Part shown: positions 9,374 to 17,401 of the stretch, piece after piece
How positions within the stretch are numbered: the first letter of the stretch is position 1
Layout of the letters: every line of letters begins with the position of its first letter
From: Gaiellaceae bacterium
GTDB taxonomy: Bacteria; Actinomycetota; Thermoleophilia; Gaiellales; Gaiellaceae
Direction of reading: 5' to 3'
Length of the DNA stretch: 64,000 nucleotides
Assembly: GCA_036001625.1 (NCBI GenBank)
Contig: DASYUD010000006.1
Coordinates: forward strand, 4,841 to 68,840
Program-made: the position numbers and the translations under genes
The notes under the pieces: generated by a model
What the model saw: only the letters and a program-made list of their open reading frames with translations
Database searches by the model: none
What the model was told of the DNA's origin: nothing

Positions 9374-9443
9374 GCCTCCGACGCTAAGGGGCTTCGCGAG
9401 CCCTCGCGTCGGGCGGATCCCTCGCGCGTTTCGGGGAGATCCC
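9374..9443 (-). promoter_or_regulatory. ~70-nt leader, copy B (upstream of small ORF copy 1)
   Basis: See copy A. Lies in the divergent region between small ORF 1 and the LuxR-LAL gene. Confidence 0.5.
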
Positions 9444-9492
9444 TTGCGGCGATCGTGACAAATGTTGCCGAACGGCCTAGATTTGCGCTTCC

Positions 9493-12288
9493 ATGAGCTC
9501 GCTGGGACACAACCTGCAATCCGTCGACCTCGTCGGCCGCGAGGCGGAATGCGGCCGCATCGATGCGCTGCTCGAAGCCGCGCACGCCGAGCAGAGCGGC
9601 GCCCTCCTCGTCCGCGGCGAGGTGGGAATCGGCAAGACCGCGCTGCTGCGCTACGCGCTCGAGCAGGCAGGCTCGATGACAGTGCTACGCGCCCGCGGCA
9701 TTGAGTCCGAGTCCGAGCTCGCCTTCGCCGCTCTCGGTGACTTCTTCCGCCCCGCAGTCGATCGTCTGAAAGCGATTCCCGAGCCGCAGGCGGCCGCGCT
9801 CGCCGGTGCGCTCGCACTCGGTCCGCCGGCTCCCAGCGACCGCTTCACAGTCTGCGCCGCCACCCTCAGCCTCCTCGCCGCCGTCGCCGAGGACGCGCCG
9901 GTGTTGGGCGTCATCGACGACGCGCAATGGCTCGACAGATCCTCGGCGGAGGCGCTCCTGTTCGCGGCTCGGCGGCTGGACTCGGAGGGCGTGGCGCTCG
10001 TCTTCGGCCTCCGAGAGGGCGAGGCGGGCCCGTTCGGCGCGAGTGATCTGGGCGAGCTGGTACTGGCCGGCCTCGACAACGATGACGCCCTCGAGCTGCT
10101 CTCGCGGCGCCTTGGCTACGAGCCGCCGCCGGCCGTTGCCGACCGTCTCGTCCGAGCGACCGAGGGAAACCCGCTCGCGCTCGTCGAGATTCCCACACTC
10201 CTCAGCGAACGCCAGCTGACCGGCGCGGAGCCGATGGAGGAGCCTCTGCCGGCTGCTCCGACCATCGAGCGCGCCTTTCTTCACCAGATCGAGGTGCTGG
10301 CGGCGGATACGCGGAAGGCGTTGCTCGTCGCGGCCGCGAGCGAGTCTGGGCGCCTCGACGAGATCGCTACGTCGCTCAGAGCGCTCGGCGTCGATCCTCA
10401 GGCTCTCGACCCGGCCCAGGATGCACGCCTCGTCTTCGTCGAGGAAGGAGTGCTGGAGTTCCGGCACCCGCTCCTCCGGGCGGCCGTGTACCACGAGGCC
10501 CCGGCGGGGGCGCGTCAGGCCGCCCACGAGGCGCTCGCCGAAGCCTCGGCGGAGGAGCGAACCGACCGGCGCGCATGGCATCTCGCCGCGGCTGCGACGG
10601 CCCTCGACGAGGAGGTCGCCACGGCACTCGAAGGGGCTGCGCTCGAGGCGCGCGGGCGCGGCGGCCACGCCGAGGCGGCTCTTGCGCTCGAGCGCGCTGC
10701 GCGGCTCACCGGCAACGAGGACGAGCGGGCCCGACGGCTGTTCGAGGCGGCCGGCGACGCCCGGATCGCGGGCCGAGCCGACCGAGCCCTCGAGCTTCTC
10801 GACGAGGCCCTCGCCGCGACCCGGGAGCCGCTCGCCCGCGCGAGGATCGAGCACCTGCGAGGAGCCGTCGAGATGTGGTTCGGCACCCCGATGAGCGCAC
10901 ACGAGTTGCTCGTCGAGGAGGCGGGGCGGATCGCGGAGCTCGATCCAGGCAAAGCGGCGCGGATGCTCGCCGACGCTTCGTTCGCCTGCTTCATGGCCGC
11001 CAAGATCGGAGCCGGTCTCGAGACGGCGGAGCGGGCGCAGGCGATTGCCGCGAAAGCCGACGAGACGACCCAGGCTCACGCCGCAGGCGTCCTCGGCGTC
11101 GCGCTTCTCCTCAGCGGACGAATGGGCGAGGCGCTCCCGCTTCTCGAGCGCTTCGAGCCCCACCTCGAGGCGATCGACTTCGAACGGCCCCGCCAGCTCG
11201 TCACCCCTGCCCAGGTCCTCACCTGGCTCGAGGAGTACGAGCGGGCCCGGAAGTTCTTCACGCGCATGGTCGAGGCCGCGCGGGGTCAGAGCGCGCTCGC
11301 CTTCCTCTCCTACCCTCTCGCCGGCCTCTCCGAGCTCGATTTCCGCACCGGCAACTGGCCCGCGGCCTACGCGGGAGCCGCCGAAGCGGTCCGAATCGCG
11401 GACGAGACAGGCCAGCACGCGACGCTTGCCTTCAGCCTCGTCTGCCTGGCCCGAGTGGAAGCGGCGCAGGGGCGTGAGGAGGACTGCCGGGCCCACATCG
11501 ACCGCGCGCTCGAGATCGCGCCGCTGCGGATCGGCGCGGTCGTCGCCTACGCGGTCACGACGCTGGGCTTGCTGGAGCTCGGGCTCGGTCGGAGCGAGGA
11601 GGCGATCGGCCTCTTCGAGGGGCTCGCCCCTCAGGTCGAGGAGCGTGGGCTCGGGGAGCCCGCGGTCATCCAGTGGCAGCCCGACCTGATCGAGGCGTAC
11701 GCGCGCGCCGGCCGCATCGAGGACGCCCGGCGCGAGCTCGACGTCTTCGAGCGCCGGGCGCAGAGCACCGAACGCAACTGGGCGCTCGCGGCCGCGGCGC
11801 GCTGCCGGGGCCTGCTCGCCTCGGACGAGGAGTTCGAGCAGCACTTCACTCGAGCCCTCGAGCTGCACGGGCGCACGCCCACCCCGTTCGAGCTAGCGCG
11901 CACGGAGCTCTGCCTCGGCGAGCGGCTGCGGCGCACGCGGCGCCGGTCCGACGCACGCGAGCCGCTCCGCTCGGCGCTCGAGGCCTTCGAGCGACTCGGC
12001 GCCGACCCGTGGGCCGAGCGCGCGCGGATCGAGCTGGGCGCGAGCGGCGAGACCGCGCGCCGCCGTGACCCGTCCGCTTCCGATCAGCTCACGCCGCAAG
12101 AGCTCCAGGTCGCGCTCGTCGTGGGCCAGGGAGCGACAAACCGGGAAGCGGGCGCCGCGCTCTTCCTCAGCCCGAAGACGATCGAGGCTCACCTCGGCCG
12201 CATCTACCGGAAGCTCGACGTGCGCTCGCGCACCGAGCTCGCGCGCATGCTCGCCAGCGAGGGAGCGCTGGCCGAGACGGCTGCCTAG
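9493..12288 (+). CDS. large ATP-binding LuxR-family regulator (LAL/MalT-like STAND: P-loop NTPase + TPR-like + C-terminal HTH)
   Basis: Walker A GEVGIGKT. C-terminal LTPQELQVALVVGQGATNREAGAALFLSPKTIEAHLGRIYRKLDV. 931 aa. Confidence 0.9.
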   Translation: MSSLGHNLQSVDLVGREAECGRIDALLEAAHAEQSGALLVRGEVGIGKTALLRYALEQAGSMTVLRARGIESESELAFAALGDFFRPAVDRLKAIPEPQAAALAGALALGPPAPSDRFTVCAATLSLLAAVAEDAPVLGVIDDAQWLDRSSAEALLFAARRLDSEGVALVFGLREGEAGPFGASDLGELVLAGLDNDDALELLSRRLGYEPPPAVADRLVRATEGNPLALVEIPTLLSERQLTGAEPMEEPLPAAPTIERAFLHQIEVLAADTRKALLVAAASESGRLDEIATSLRALGVDPQALDPAQDARLVFVEEGVLEFRHPLLRAAVYHEAPAGARQAAHEALAEASAEERTDRRAWHLAAAATALDEEVATALEGAALEARGRGGHAEAALALERAARLTGNEDERARRLFEAAGDARIAGRADRALELLDEALAATREPLARARIEHLRGAVEMWFGTPMSAHELLVEEAGRIAELDPGKAARMLADASFACFMAAKIGAGLETAERAQAIAAKADETTQAHAAGVLGVALLLSGRMGEALPLLERFEPHLEAIDFERPRQLVTPAQVLTWLEEYERARKFFTRMVEAARGQSALAFLSYPLAGLSELDFRTGNWPAAYAGAAEAVRIADETGQHATLAFSLVCLARVEAAQGREEDCRAHIDRALEIAPLRIGAVVAYAVTTLGLLELGLGRSEEAIGLFEGLAPQVEERGLGEPAVIQWQPDLIEAYARAGRIEDARRELDVFERRAQSTERNWALAAAARCRGLLASDEEFEQHFTRALELHGRTPTPFELARTELCLGERLRRTRRRSDAREPLRSALEAFERLGADPWAERARIELGASGETARRRDPSASDQLTPQELQVALVVGQGATNREAGAALFLSPKTIEAHLGRIYRKLDVRSRTELARMLASEGALAETAA

Positions 12289-12305
12289 CCTGAATGGGGG
12301 TCCGC

Positions 12306-12458
12306 TCAGGTCTCGGGCGCCCAGCGCGGCTCGCAGCCTTCGAGCCGGAACTGCTCGACGGCGACGAGGTAGCGCTCGATCTCACTGAGGAGCGTCTGAA
12401 TCTCGGCGCTCTGCAGCATTGATCCGTGCTGCGGGGAAGTGTGGGAAACGCTTTGCAT
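12306..12458 (-). CDS. 50-aa conserved small ORF, copy 2
   Basis: MQSVSHTSPQHGSMLQSAEIQTLLSEIERYLVAVEQFRLEGCEPRWAPET* (own translation). Convergent with the LuxR-LAL stop, 17 nt away. Confidence 0.5.
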   Translation of the reverse strand: MQSVSHTSPQHGSMLQSAEIQTLLSEIERYLVAVEQFRLEGCEPRWAPET

Positions 12459-12463
12459 GGAGA

Positions 12464-12539
12464 CAGGCTCGAGCAGAAGGGCAACGGGGAGGTCACGGCC
12501 GGCTCATGGATCGCTAACGGCCCCTTTCTCTGCGTACCG
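12464..12539. repeat. 76-bp dispersed repeat, copy 1
   Basis: caggctcgagcagaagggcaacggggaggtcacggccggctcatggatcgctaacggcccctttctctgcgtaccg. 73/76 identical to 17281..17356. Confidence 0.9.
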
Positions 12540-12956
12540 CTTGACTCGCATCGAGGGCTTGCGAGTGACCTTTCCAGTCGCGCACGGAGCCTTCCGGATG
12601 CTTGCCTTGGCGTCAGCGAGCTTCTTGCCGCGAACGTTCGGCACCTTGCAGGGCGGAGGCGCCGCAAGGTAGCGGACGACAGCGAAGTCGTTCGGACCCG
12701 CGCCGCCGGCTGGCCCCTGAGACCCGGGACCACGATCTTTCCATCCGGCGCGAGCATTTTCCGGCGACGACCGCCTTTCCGTCGGCCTGAACGGCAACGC
12801 TGTACGCCAGATCGCTCGATCTGCCCGCGAAGTCGGTGAGCACCTTGCCGTCGCCGTCGAAGCTCGTGTCGAGATCGCCGGCCGCAGCCGAAAGACCAGT
12901 CGCGAATGGAGCGCCAGGACAGTTGCGGCGACAATGAAGCGTCGTGCCTTGCTCAT
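12504..12956 (-). pseudogene. decayed secreted delta-60-repeat / PASTA-like protein gene (at least 3 frameshifts, 3' end replaced by the 76-bp repeat)
   Basis: Signal peptide MSKARRFIVAATVLALHS (frame A, AAGAGG upstream). GDLDTSFDGDGKVLTDFAGRSSDLAYSVAVQADGKAVVAG (frame B). LAPDGKIVVPG (frame C). NDFAVVRYL...CKVPNVRGKKLADAKASIRKAPCATGKVTRK (frame A). Confidence 0.7.
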
Positions 12957-13032
12957 TCCGACCTCTTGGTATGGACGCGAGCGGCCCTTGAGAGGCGGAG
13001 CGTGAACCGCCTCGATGAGGCCCTCGAGCGCT

Positions 13033-13179
13033 CGGTTCGAGCCGCCAGTGCGGCTCGTAGCCTTCGGCACGGAAGAGCTCGACGGCGGCGAGATAGCGCT
13101 CGGCCTCCGTGATGAGGTCCGCTGGTCGTGTGTGCTGCTTGGCGTGAGGTTGCTGTGCACCCTTACGCGGCGCTAACAC
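13033..13179 (-). other. diverged third copy of the small ORF family (no stop at the equivalent position)
   Basis: Within ORF 12613..13266(-): ...HTRPADLITEAERYLAAVELFRAEGYEPHWRLEPS. It reads on into the decayed gene. Divergent from the SARP-cyclase gene. Confidence 0.35.
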
Positions 13180-13232
13180 GCGCCTCACACGCAGGTTAGG
13201 AGCGCGCGCTTGACAGTGGTAGAACGGGGACG

Positions 13233-16200
13233 GTGCAAGAAGTCGAGTTCCGCGTCCTAGGCCCATTCGAGGTACGGGTGGAGGGGCGGCCGCTCGAGCT
13301 GAACAGGCGAAAGCAGCGCTCCCTCCTGGCGTTGCTGTTGCTTCACGCAGGCGAGGTCGTCTCCACCGACCGGCTCGTTGAGGAGCTCTGGGCGGGGAGG
13401 CCTCCGAAGACCGCCGTCAGCTCGCTTGGGAACCTCCTTTCCGCTCTTCGAAAGGAGCTCGGGCCGCAGGCCGTGCTCACTCGTCCGCCCGGCTACATGC
13501 TCGACGTCGATCCCGACCGGGTAGATCTGCACCGATTCGAGCGGCTGGTCGCCCAGGCGGCGGAGGGTGGGGACGCCGGGAGGCGCGCAAGCCTCCTGCA
13601 CGAGGCGCTCGGGCTCTGGCATGGCCCGCCCTTGGCCGACCTGGCCTTCGAGCCTTTCGCCCACGTCGAGATCGCCCGCCTGGAGGAGCTCCGCACCGCC
13701 GCCCGCGAGGAGCTGTTCCAGGCAGAGCTCGAGCTCGGCCGCCACTCGAAGCTCGTCGGGGAGATCGATGCTCTCGTCGCCGAGCACCCCTTGCGGGAGC
13801 GGTTGCGCGGCCAGCTCATGCTCGCGCTCTACCGCTCGGGCAGGCAGGCGGAGGCGCTCGACGCCTACCGGCGGGCCCGCGAGACGCTCGTCGGGGAGCT
13901 CGGCATCGAGCCTTCGCCCGAGCTGCAGCGCCTGGAGCAGTCGATCCTTAGACACGATCGCGAGATCGACCTCCCCAAGAGGGCGATCGCCGAAGCCACT
14001 TCCGGAGAGGAGCGGCGGAAGACGGTGACGATCCTCTTCACCGACATCGTCGACTCCGCGAGCTTCGGCGCCGCGCTCGACCCAGAAGTCTTGCGCATGG
14101 TGATGCGGCGCTATTTCGACACTGTTCGCACGGTCGTCGAGCGCCACGGCGGCACCCTCGAGAAGTTCATCGGCGACACCGCGATGGCGGTCTTCGGGGT
14201 CCCGCAGATGCACGAGGACGACGCGCTCCGGGCGGTGCGCGCGGCGAACGAGCTCCGCGAGGCGCTCATCGGCCTGAACGCCGACCTCGAGCGAGACCAC
14301 GGGCTCGCGATCCAGATCCGGACCGGCATCAACACGGGAGAGGTGCTCGCGGGAGACGCCGCTTCGGGCCAGCCGTTTGCGACCGGGGCCGCCGTCACGG
14401 TCGCGATGCGGCTCCAGCAGGCCGCGCTTCCCGGCGAGACTCTGCTCGGCGACACGACGCGAACCGTTCTCCGCGAGGCTGCGATGTCGGAGCCGGTCGA
14501 GCCGATCGACGCCGGCGGCTCGCTCGGCTCGGTTCAGGCGTTCCGCCTCCTGGCGCTAGGCGAGAGCACCGGCCTGCGTCCCCCGACAGGCGCCCCTCTC
14601 GTCGGTAGGCAGGAAGAGCTCGCCCGCTTGGATAGCGCCTTCGAGTCCGTCCTGGACAAGCGTCGCAGCCGGGTCGTCGTCATCCTCGGCGAGGCGGGGA
14701 TCGGCAAGACACGGCTGACCTCGGAGTTCGTCTCCTCGCTCGGTGCGGAGGCGACGGCGCTCGTCGGACGGTGCGTCTCCTACGGAGAGGGGGCCACGTA
14801 CCTGCCTCTGGCCGAGATCGTGCGACAAGCTGCGCCGACACGGCCTCAGGCGACGATCGCAGCCCTCCTCGAGGGCGACGAGCATGCGGCGCTCATCGCC
14901 GAGCGAATGTCCGAGCTCACGGGCCAGGCCGAGGGACTCGCACCGACGGGTGAGCTGTTCTGGGCGGTCCGGCGCTTCTTCGAGGCGCTCGCGGCAAGGC
15001 GGCCGCTCGTCGTAGTCCTCGAGGACGTCCACTGGGCGGAGCCGACGCTGCTCGACCTGGTCGAGTACCTCGGGGCCTGGACCTCGGACGCGCAGGCCCT
15101 CGTCCTTTGCATCGCACGGCCGGAGCTTCTCGAGAAGCGTCCCGGTTGGGAGTCGAGCACCGAGACGATCACACTCGACCCGCTCTCCGGAGCCGAGACG
15201 GGCACCCTCCTCGCCGAGCTTGCCGGGGAGACGGAGCTCTCAGAGAAGACGCGCGCTCGAATCGTCGCGGTCGCCGAGGGAAACGCGCTGTTCGTCGAGC
15301 AGCTGCTCGCCTACATCACGGATGATGTCGGGCCGGACGCACTCGAAGAAGCCGTCCCCGCTTCGATCGAGGCGCTGCTGGCCAGCCGTCTGGACAGCCT
15401 CGAGCCGGAGGATCGCGCCGTCCTCGAACGGGCAGCCGTGGTCGGGAAGGACTTCGCGCGCAGCGCGGTCCGCCACCTTTCGCCCCCGGAGACGCTGGCG
15501 ACCGTCGACGGCCGCCTCGTCACGCTCGAGCGAAGGGGACTGATCCACGCGCGGCGCTCCCGTGTGTCACCCGAGGATGAGTTCCGCTTCCACCACGTTC
15601 TCATCCGAGATGTCGCGTATGCCGGCATCACAAAGGAGCACAGGTTCGATCTCCACGAGCGGCACGCCTCTTGGCTCCAGCAAAGGAACGAGGCCGACGA
15701 GCTCATTGGATACCACGCCGAGCAAGCGCATCGCTATCGCGGCGAGCTTCGCCCCGGTGATCCGGAGCTCGCGCGGCTTGCTGGGTGGGCGGGCGACCAC
15801 CTTGCAGCAGCGGGGATTCGTGCGTGGAAGCGTGCCGATACCCCGGCGGCGGTTAACCTCCTCGGCCGGGCGTCCGCGCTCCTACCCCCGGGGATCGCGC
15901 GCGGCGAGGCTCTTTGCGAGCTCGCGATCGCACTGAGGACCGCAGGTCATATCGATAAGGCCGAGGCTGCGCTGCAGCAGGCGATTACAGAGTCCGTCGG
16001 ACATGACCGGCGGCTCGAGCTGCGCGCCAGGGTCGAGCTTGCGCAGGTCGGGCTCCTCGTCGATCCGGAAGGACAGTCCGCAGAGCTCCTTGATCTTGCG
16101 GCGAGTTCTATCCCGCTCTTCGAAGAGCTCGGGGACGACCGCGCTCTGGGTCGAACATGGCTTCGGGTGGCTTACGTGGTCGGAGGCGTCCAAGGCGACA

Positions 16201-17024
16201 ACAAGGCCAGGCAGGACGCAGCCGAGCGCGCCCTCGTTCATTACCGCCGCTCGGGCTGGTCTCCGGCGACATGCCTGGGCGAGCTCGGAGCCGCGCTCTA
16301 CTTCGGGCCGACCCCTGCTGCGGAGGCCATCCGGCGCTGCGAGGAGCTCCTCGAGGATGCCGTCAGCGACCGAGCGTGCGAGGCCAACCTGCTCGTGTTC
16401 ATGGGAGGGCTCGAGGCGATGCGTGGGGAGTTCGATCAAGCCCGGGAGCTTGTCGCGGGCGCGCGGAGCACCTTCGAGGAAATCGGATTGACGGCGGCTA
16501 TCGCAAACTTCTGCGGGGCGATAGGCGGCGCGATCGAGATGGCGAACGAGGACTACGCAGCCGCGGCGGTCATCCTCCGCGAGAGTTGCGACAGCCTCGC
16601 GCAGATGCATGAGCGCGCCTTGCTCGCGAGCCGAGCCGCAGAGCTGGCTGAAGCTCTTTGTGCGCTCCGGCGCTTCGAGGAAGCTGACCAGTGGGCTCGT
16701 CTGTCGGAAGAGCACGCAGCGGGCGACGACATGGACGCGCAGATGGCCTGGCGCGCAGCCGGCGCCGAAGTCAAGGCCGGGACCGGCGTTCTCTTGCAAG
16801 CGGAAGAGCTGGCCCGGGATGCGGTGCTGCTCGCCGGAAAAACAGACATGCTCAACCGTCGAGGGAGGACGTTGCTCGTACTCGCGGAGGTTCTCAGGCT
16901 CCAGGGCCGTGACGAGGAGGCTGCGCAACAAGTTGGGGACGCGAGGCGTGTCTTCGAGCGGAAGGGCAACGTCGTGGCTGCGAGTAGGGCACGCGCACTG
17001 CTGGACGAGCTAGTCCTGCCCTAG
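13233..17024 (+). CDS. SARP (OmpR-type wHTH + BTAD) fused to class III adenylate/guanylate cyclase, P-loop NTPase and TPR-like domains
   Basis: FRVLGPFEVRVEGRPLEL. BTAD: ALYRSGRQAEALDAYRRARETLVGELGIEPSPEL. Cyclase: VTILFTDIVDS, FIGDTAMAVFG, IRTGINTGEV. Walker A GEAGIGKT. 1263 aa. Confidence 0.9.
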   Translation: MQEVEFRVLGPFEVRVEGRPLELNRRKQRSLLALLLLHAGEVVSTDRLVEELWAGRPPKTAVSSLGNLLSALRKELGPQAVLTRPPGYMLDVDPDRVDLHRFERLVAQAAEGGDAGRRASLLHEALGLWHGPPLADLAFEPFAHVEIARLEELRTAAREELFQAELELGRHSKLVGEIDALVAEHPLRERLRGQLMLALYRSGRQAEALDAYRRARETLVGELGIEPSPELQRLEQSILRHDREIDLPKRAIAEATSGEERRKTVTILFTDIVDSASFGAALDPEVLRMVMRRYFDTVRTVVERHGGTLEKFIGDTAMAVFGVPQMHEDDALRAVRAANELREALIGLNADLERDHGLAIQIRTGINTGEVLAGDAASGQPFATGAAVTVAMRLQQAALPGETLLGDTTRTVLREAAMSEPVEPIDAGGSLGSVQAFRLLALGESTGLRPPTGAPLVGRQEELARLDSAFESVLDKRRSRVVVILGEAGIGKTRLTSEFVSSLGAEATALVGRCVSYGEGATYLPLAEIVRQAAPTRPQATIAALLEGDEHAALIAERMSELTGQAEGLAPTGELFWAVRRFFEALAARRPLVVVLEDVHWAEPTLLDLVEYLGAWTSDAQALVLCIARPELLEKRPGWESSTETITLDPLSGAETGTLLAELAGETELSEKTRARIVAVAEGNALFVEQLLAYITDDVGPDALEEAVPASIEALLASRLDSLEPEDRAVLERAAVVGKDFARSAVRHLSPPETLATVDGRLVTLERRGLIHARRSRVSPEDEFRFHHVLIRDVAYAGITKEHRFDLHERHASWLQQRNEADELIGYHAEQAHRYRGELRPGDPELARLAGWAGDHLAAAGIRAWKRADTPAAVNLLGRASALLPPGIARGEALCELAIALRTAGHIDKAEAALQQAITESVGHDRRLELRARVELAQVGLLVDPEGQSAELLDLAASSIPLFEELGDDRALGRTWLRVAYVVGGVQGDNKARQDAAERALVHYRRSGWSPATCLGELGAALYFGPTPAAEAIRRCEELLEDAVSDRACEANLLVFMGGLEAMRGEFDQARELVAGARSTFEEIGLTAAIANFCGAIGGAIEMANEDYAAAAVILRESCDSLAQMHERALLASRAAELAEALCALRRFEEADQWARLSEEHAAGDDMDAQMAWRAAGAEVKAGTGVLLQAEELARDAVLLAGKTDMLNRRGRTLLVLAEVLRLQGRDEEAAQQVGDARRVFERKGNVVAASRARALLDELVLP

Positions 17025-17038
17025 CCATGTCCAAACAC

Positions 17039-17063
17039 GGAAAGCCCCGCATTGGGGCCTTCC
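17039..17063. terminator. hairpin shared by two convergent genes
   Basis: ggaaagcccc-gcatt-ggggccttcc, between the stop at 17024(+) and the stop at 17109(-). The minus-strand transcript is followed by TTTCCGTGTTTGG. Confidence 0.55.
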
Positions 17064-17108
17064 GTAGTTCATCTGATGGGAAGGCCGACCGGCCCTCAAC
17101 GAAATGGG

Positions 17109-17258
17109 TCAGGGTCCGCCGCCGCCGCCGTCGTTGCTCAGCGGCTGGCTCTGGCCAGGCGCCGGCATCGCGTCCGCGTGACCCGACTGGACCGGCGAGG
17201 CGAGAGCGACGAGCGCCGCCGTCATGGCCGCGATCGAGATGAGAATCTTCTTGCCCAT
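17109..17258 (-). CDS. 49-aa secreted peptide with Gly5 C-terminus
   Basis: Own translation: MGKKILISIAAMTAALVALASPVQSGHADAMPAPGQSQPLSNDGGGGGP*. AAGGAGGTG lies 5 nt before the ATG. Terminator hairpin downstream. Confidence 0.65.
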   Translation of the reverse strand: MGKKILISIAAMTAALVALASPVQSGHADAMPAPGQSQPLSNDGGGGGP

Positions 17259-17280
17259 TGCGCACCTCCTTTCTCGAGGC

Positions 17281-17356
17281 CAGGCTCGAGCGGAGGGGCA
17301 ACGGGGAGGTCACGGCCGGCTCATGGATCGCTAACGGCCCGTTTCTCTGCGTACCG
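17281..17356. repeat. 76-bp dispersed repeat, copy 2
   Basis: 73/76 identical to 12464..12539. Lies between the divergent peptide gene and pckA. Confidence 0.9.
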
Positions 17357-17401
17357 GTAAGATTCCGCGTCGCCGCCCGTTTCCCGAAGGAGCACGCCGC
17401 A

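Noticed and set aside
9685-11868. Very long ORFs antisense to or out of frame with recognised genes. Examples: 9685..11868(-), 443..1618(+), 2508..3623(-), 7261..8376(+), 13257..14300(-), 41092..43431(-), 43017..44579(+), 45867..47408(+), 53911..55272(-), 56405..57706(-), 60366..61847(-), 61937..62905(-).
   Set aside because: Their translations are Arg/Pro/Ala/Gly-rich low-complexity strings, typical of shadow frames in ~70% GC DNA. Each overlaps a gene with clear family motifs.
12464-12539. The 76-bp repeat as a c-di-AMP (ydaO-type), SAM-IV or 6C-type RNA
   Set aside because: Only short fragments resemble those consensus sequences (ACGGGGAGG, GCUAAC, C-rich tracts). The element is too short and lacks the full conserved helices as far as I can judge by eye. 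An Infernal scan is needed.
13209-13214. Consensus TTGACA 18 nt upstream of the SARP-cyclase GTG as its -35 box
   Set aside because: No -10 element fits at a workable spacing before the start codon, so it was not called as a promoter.
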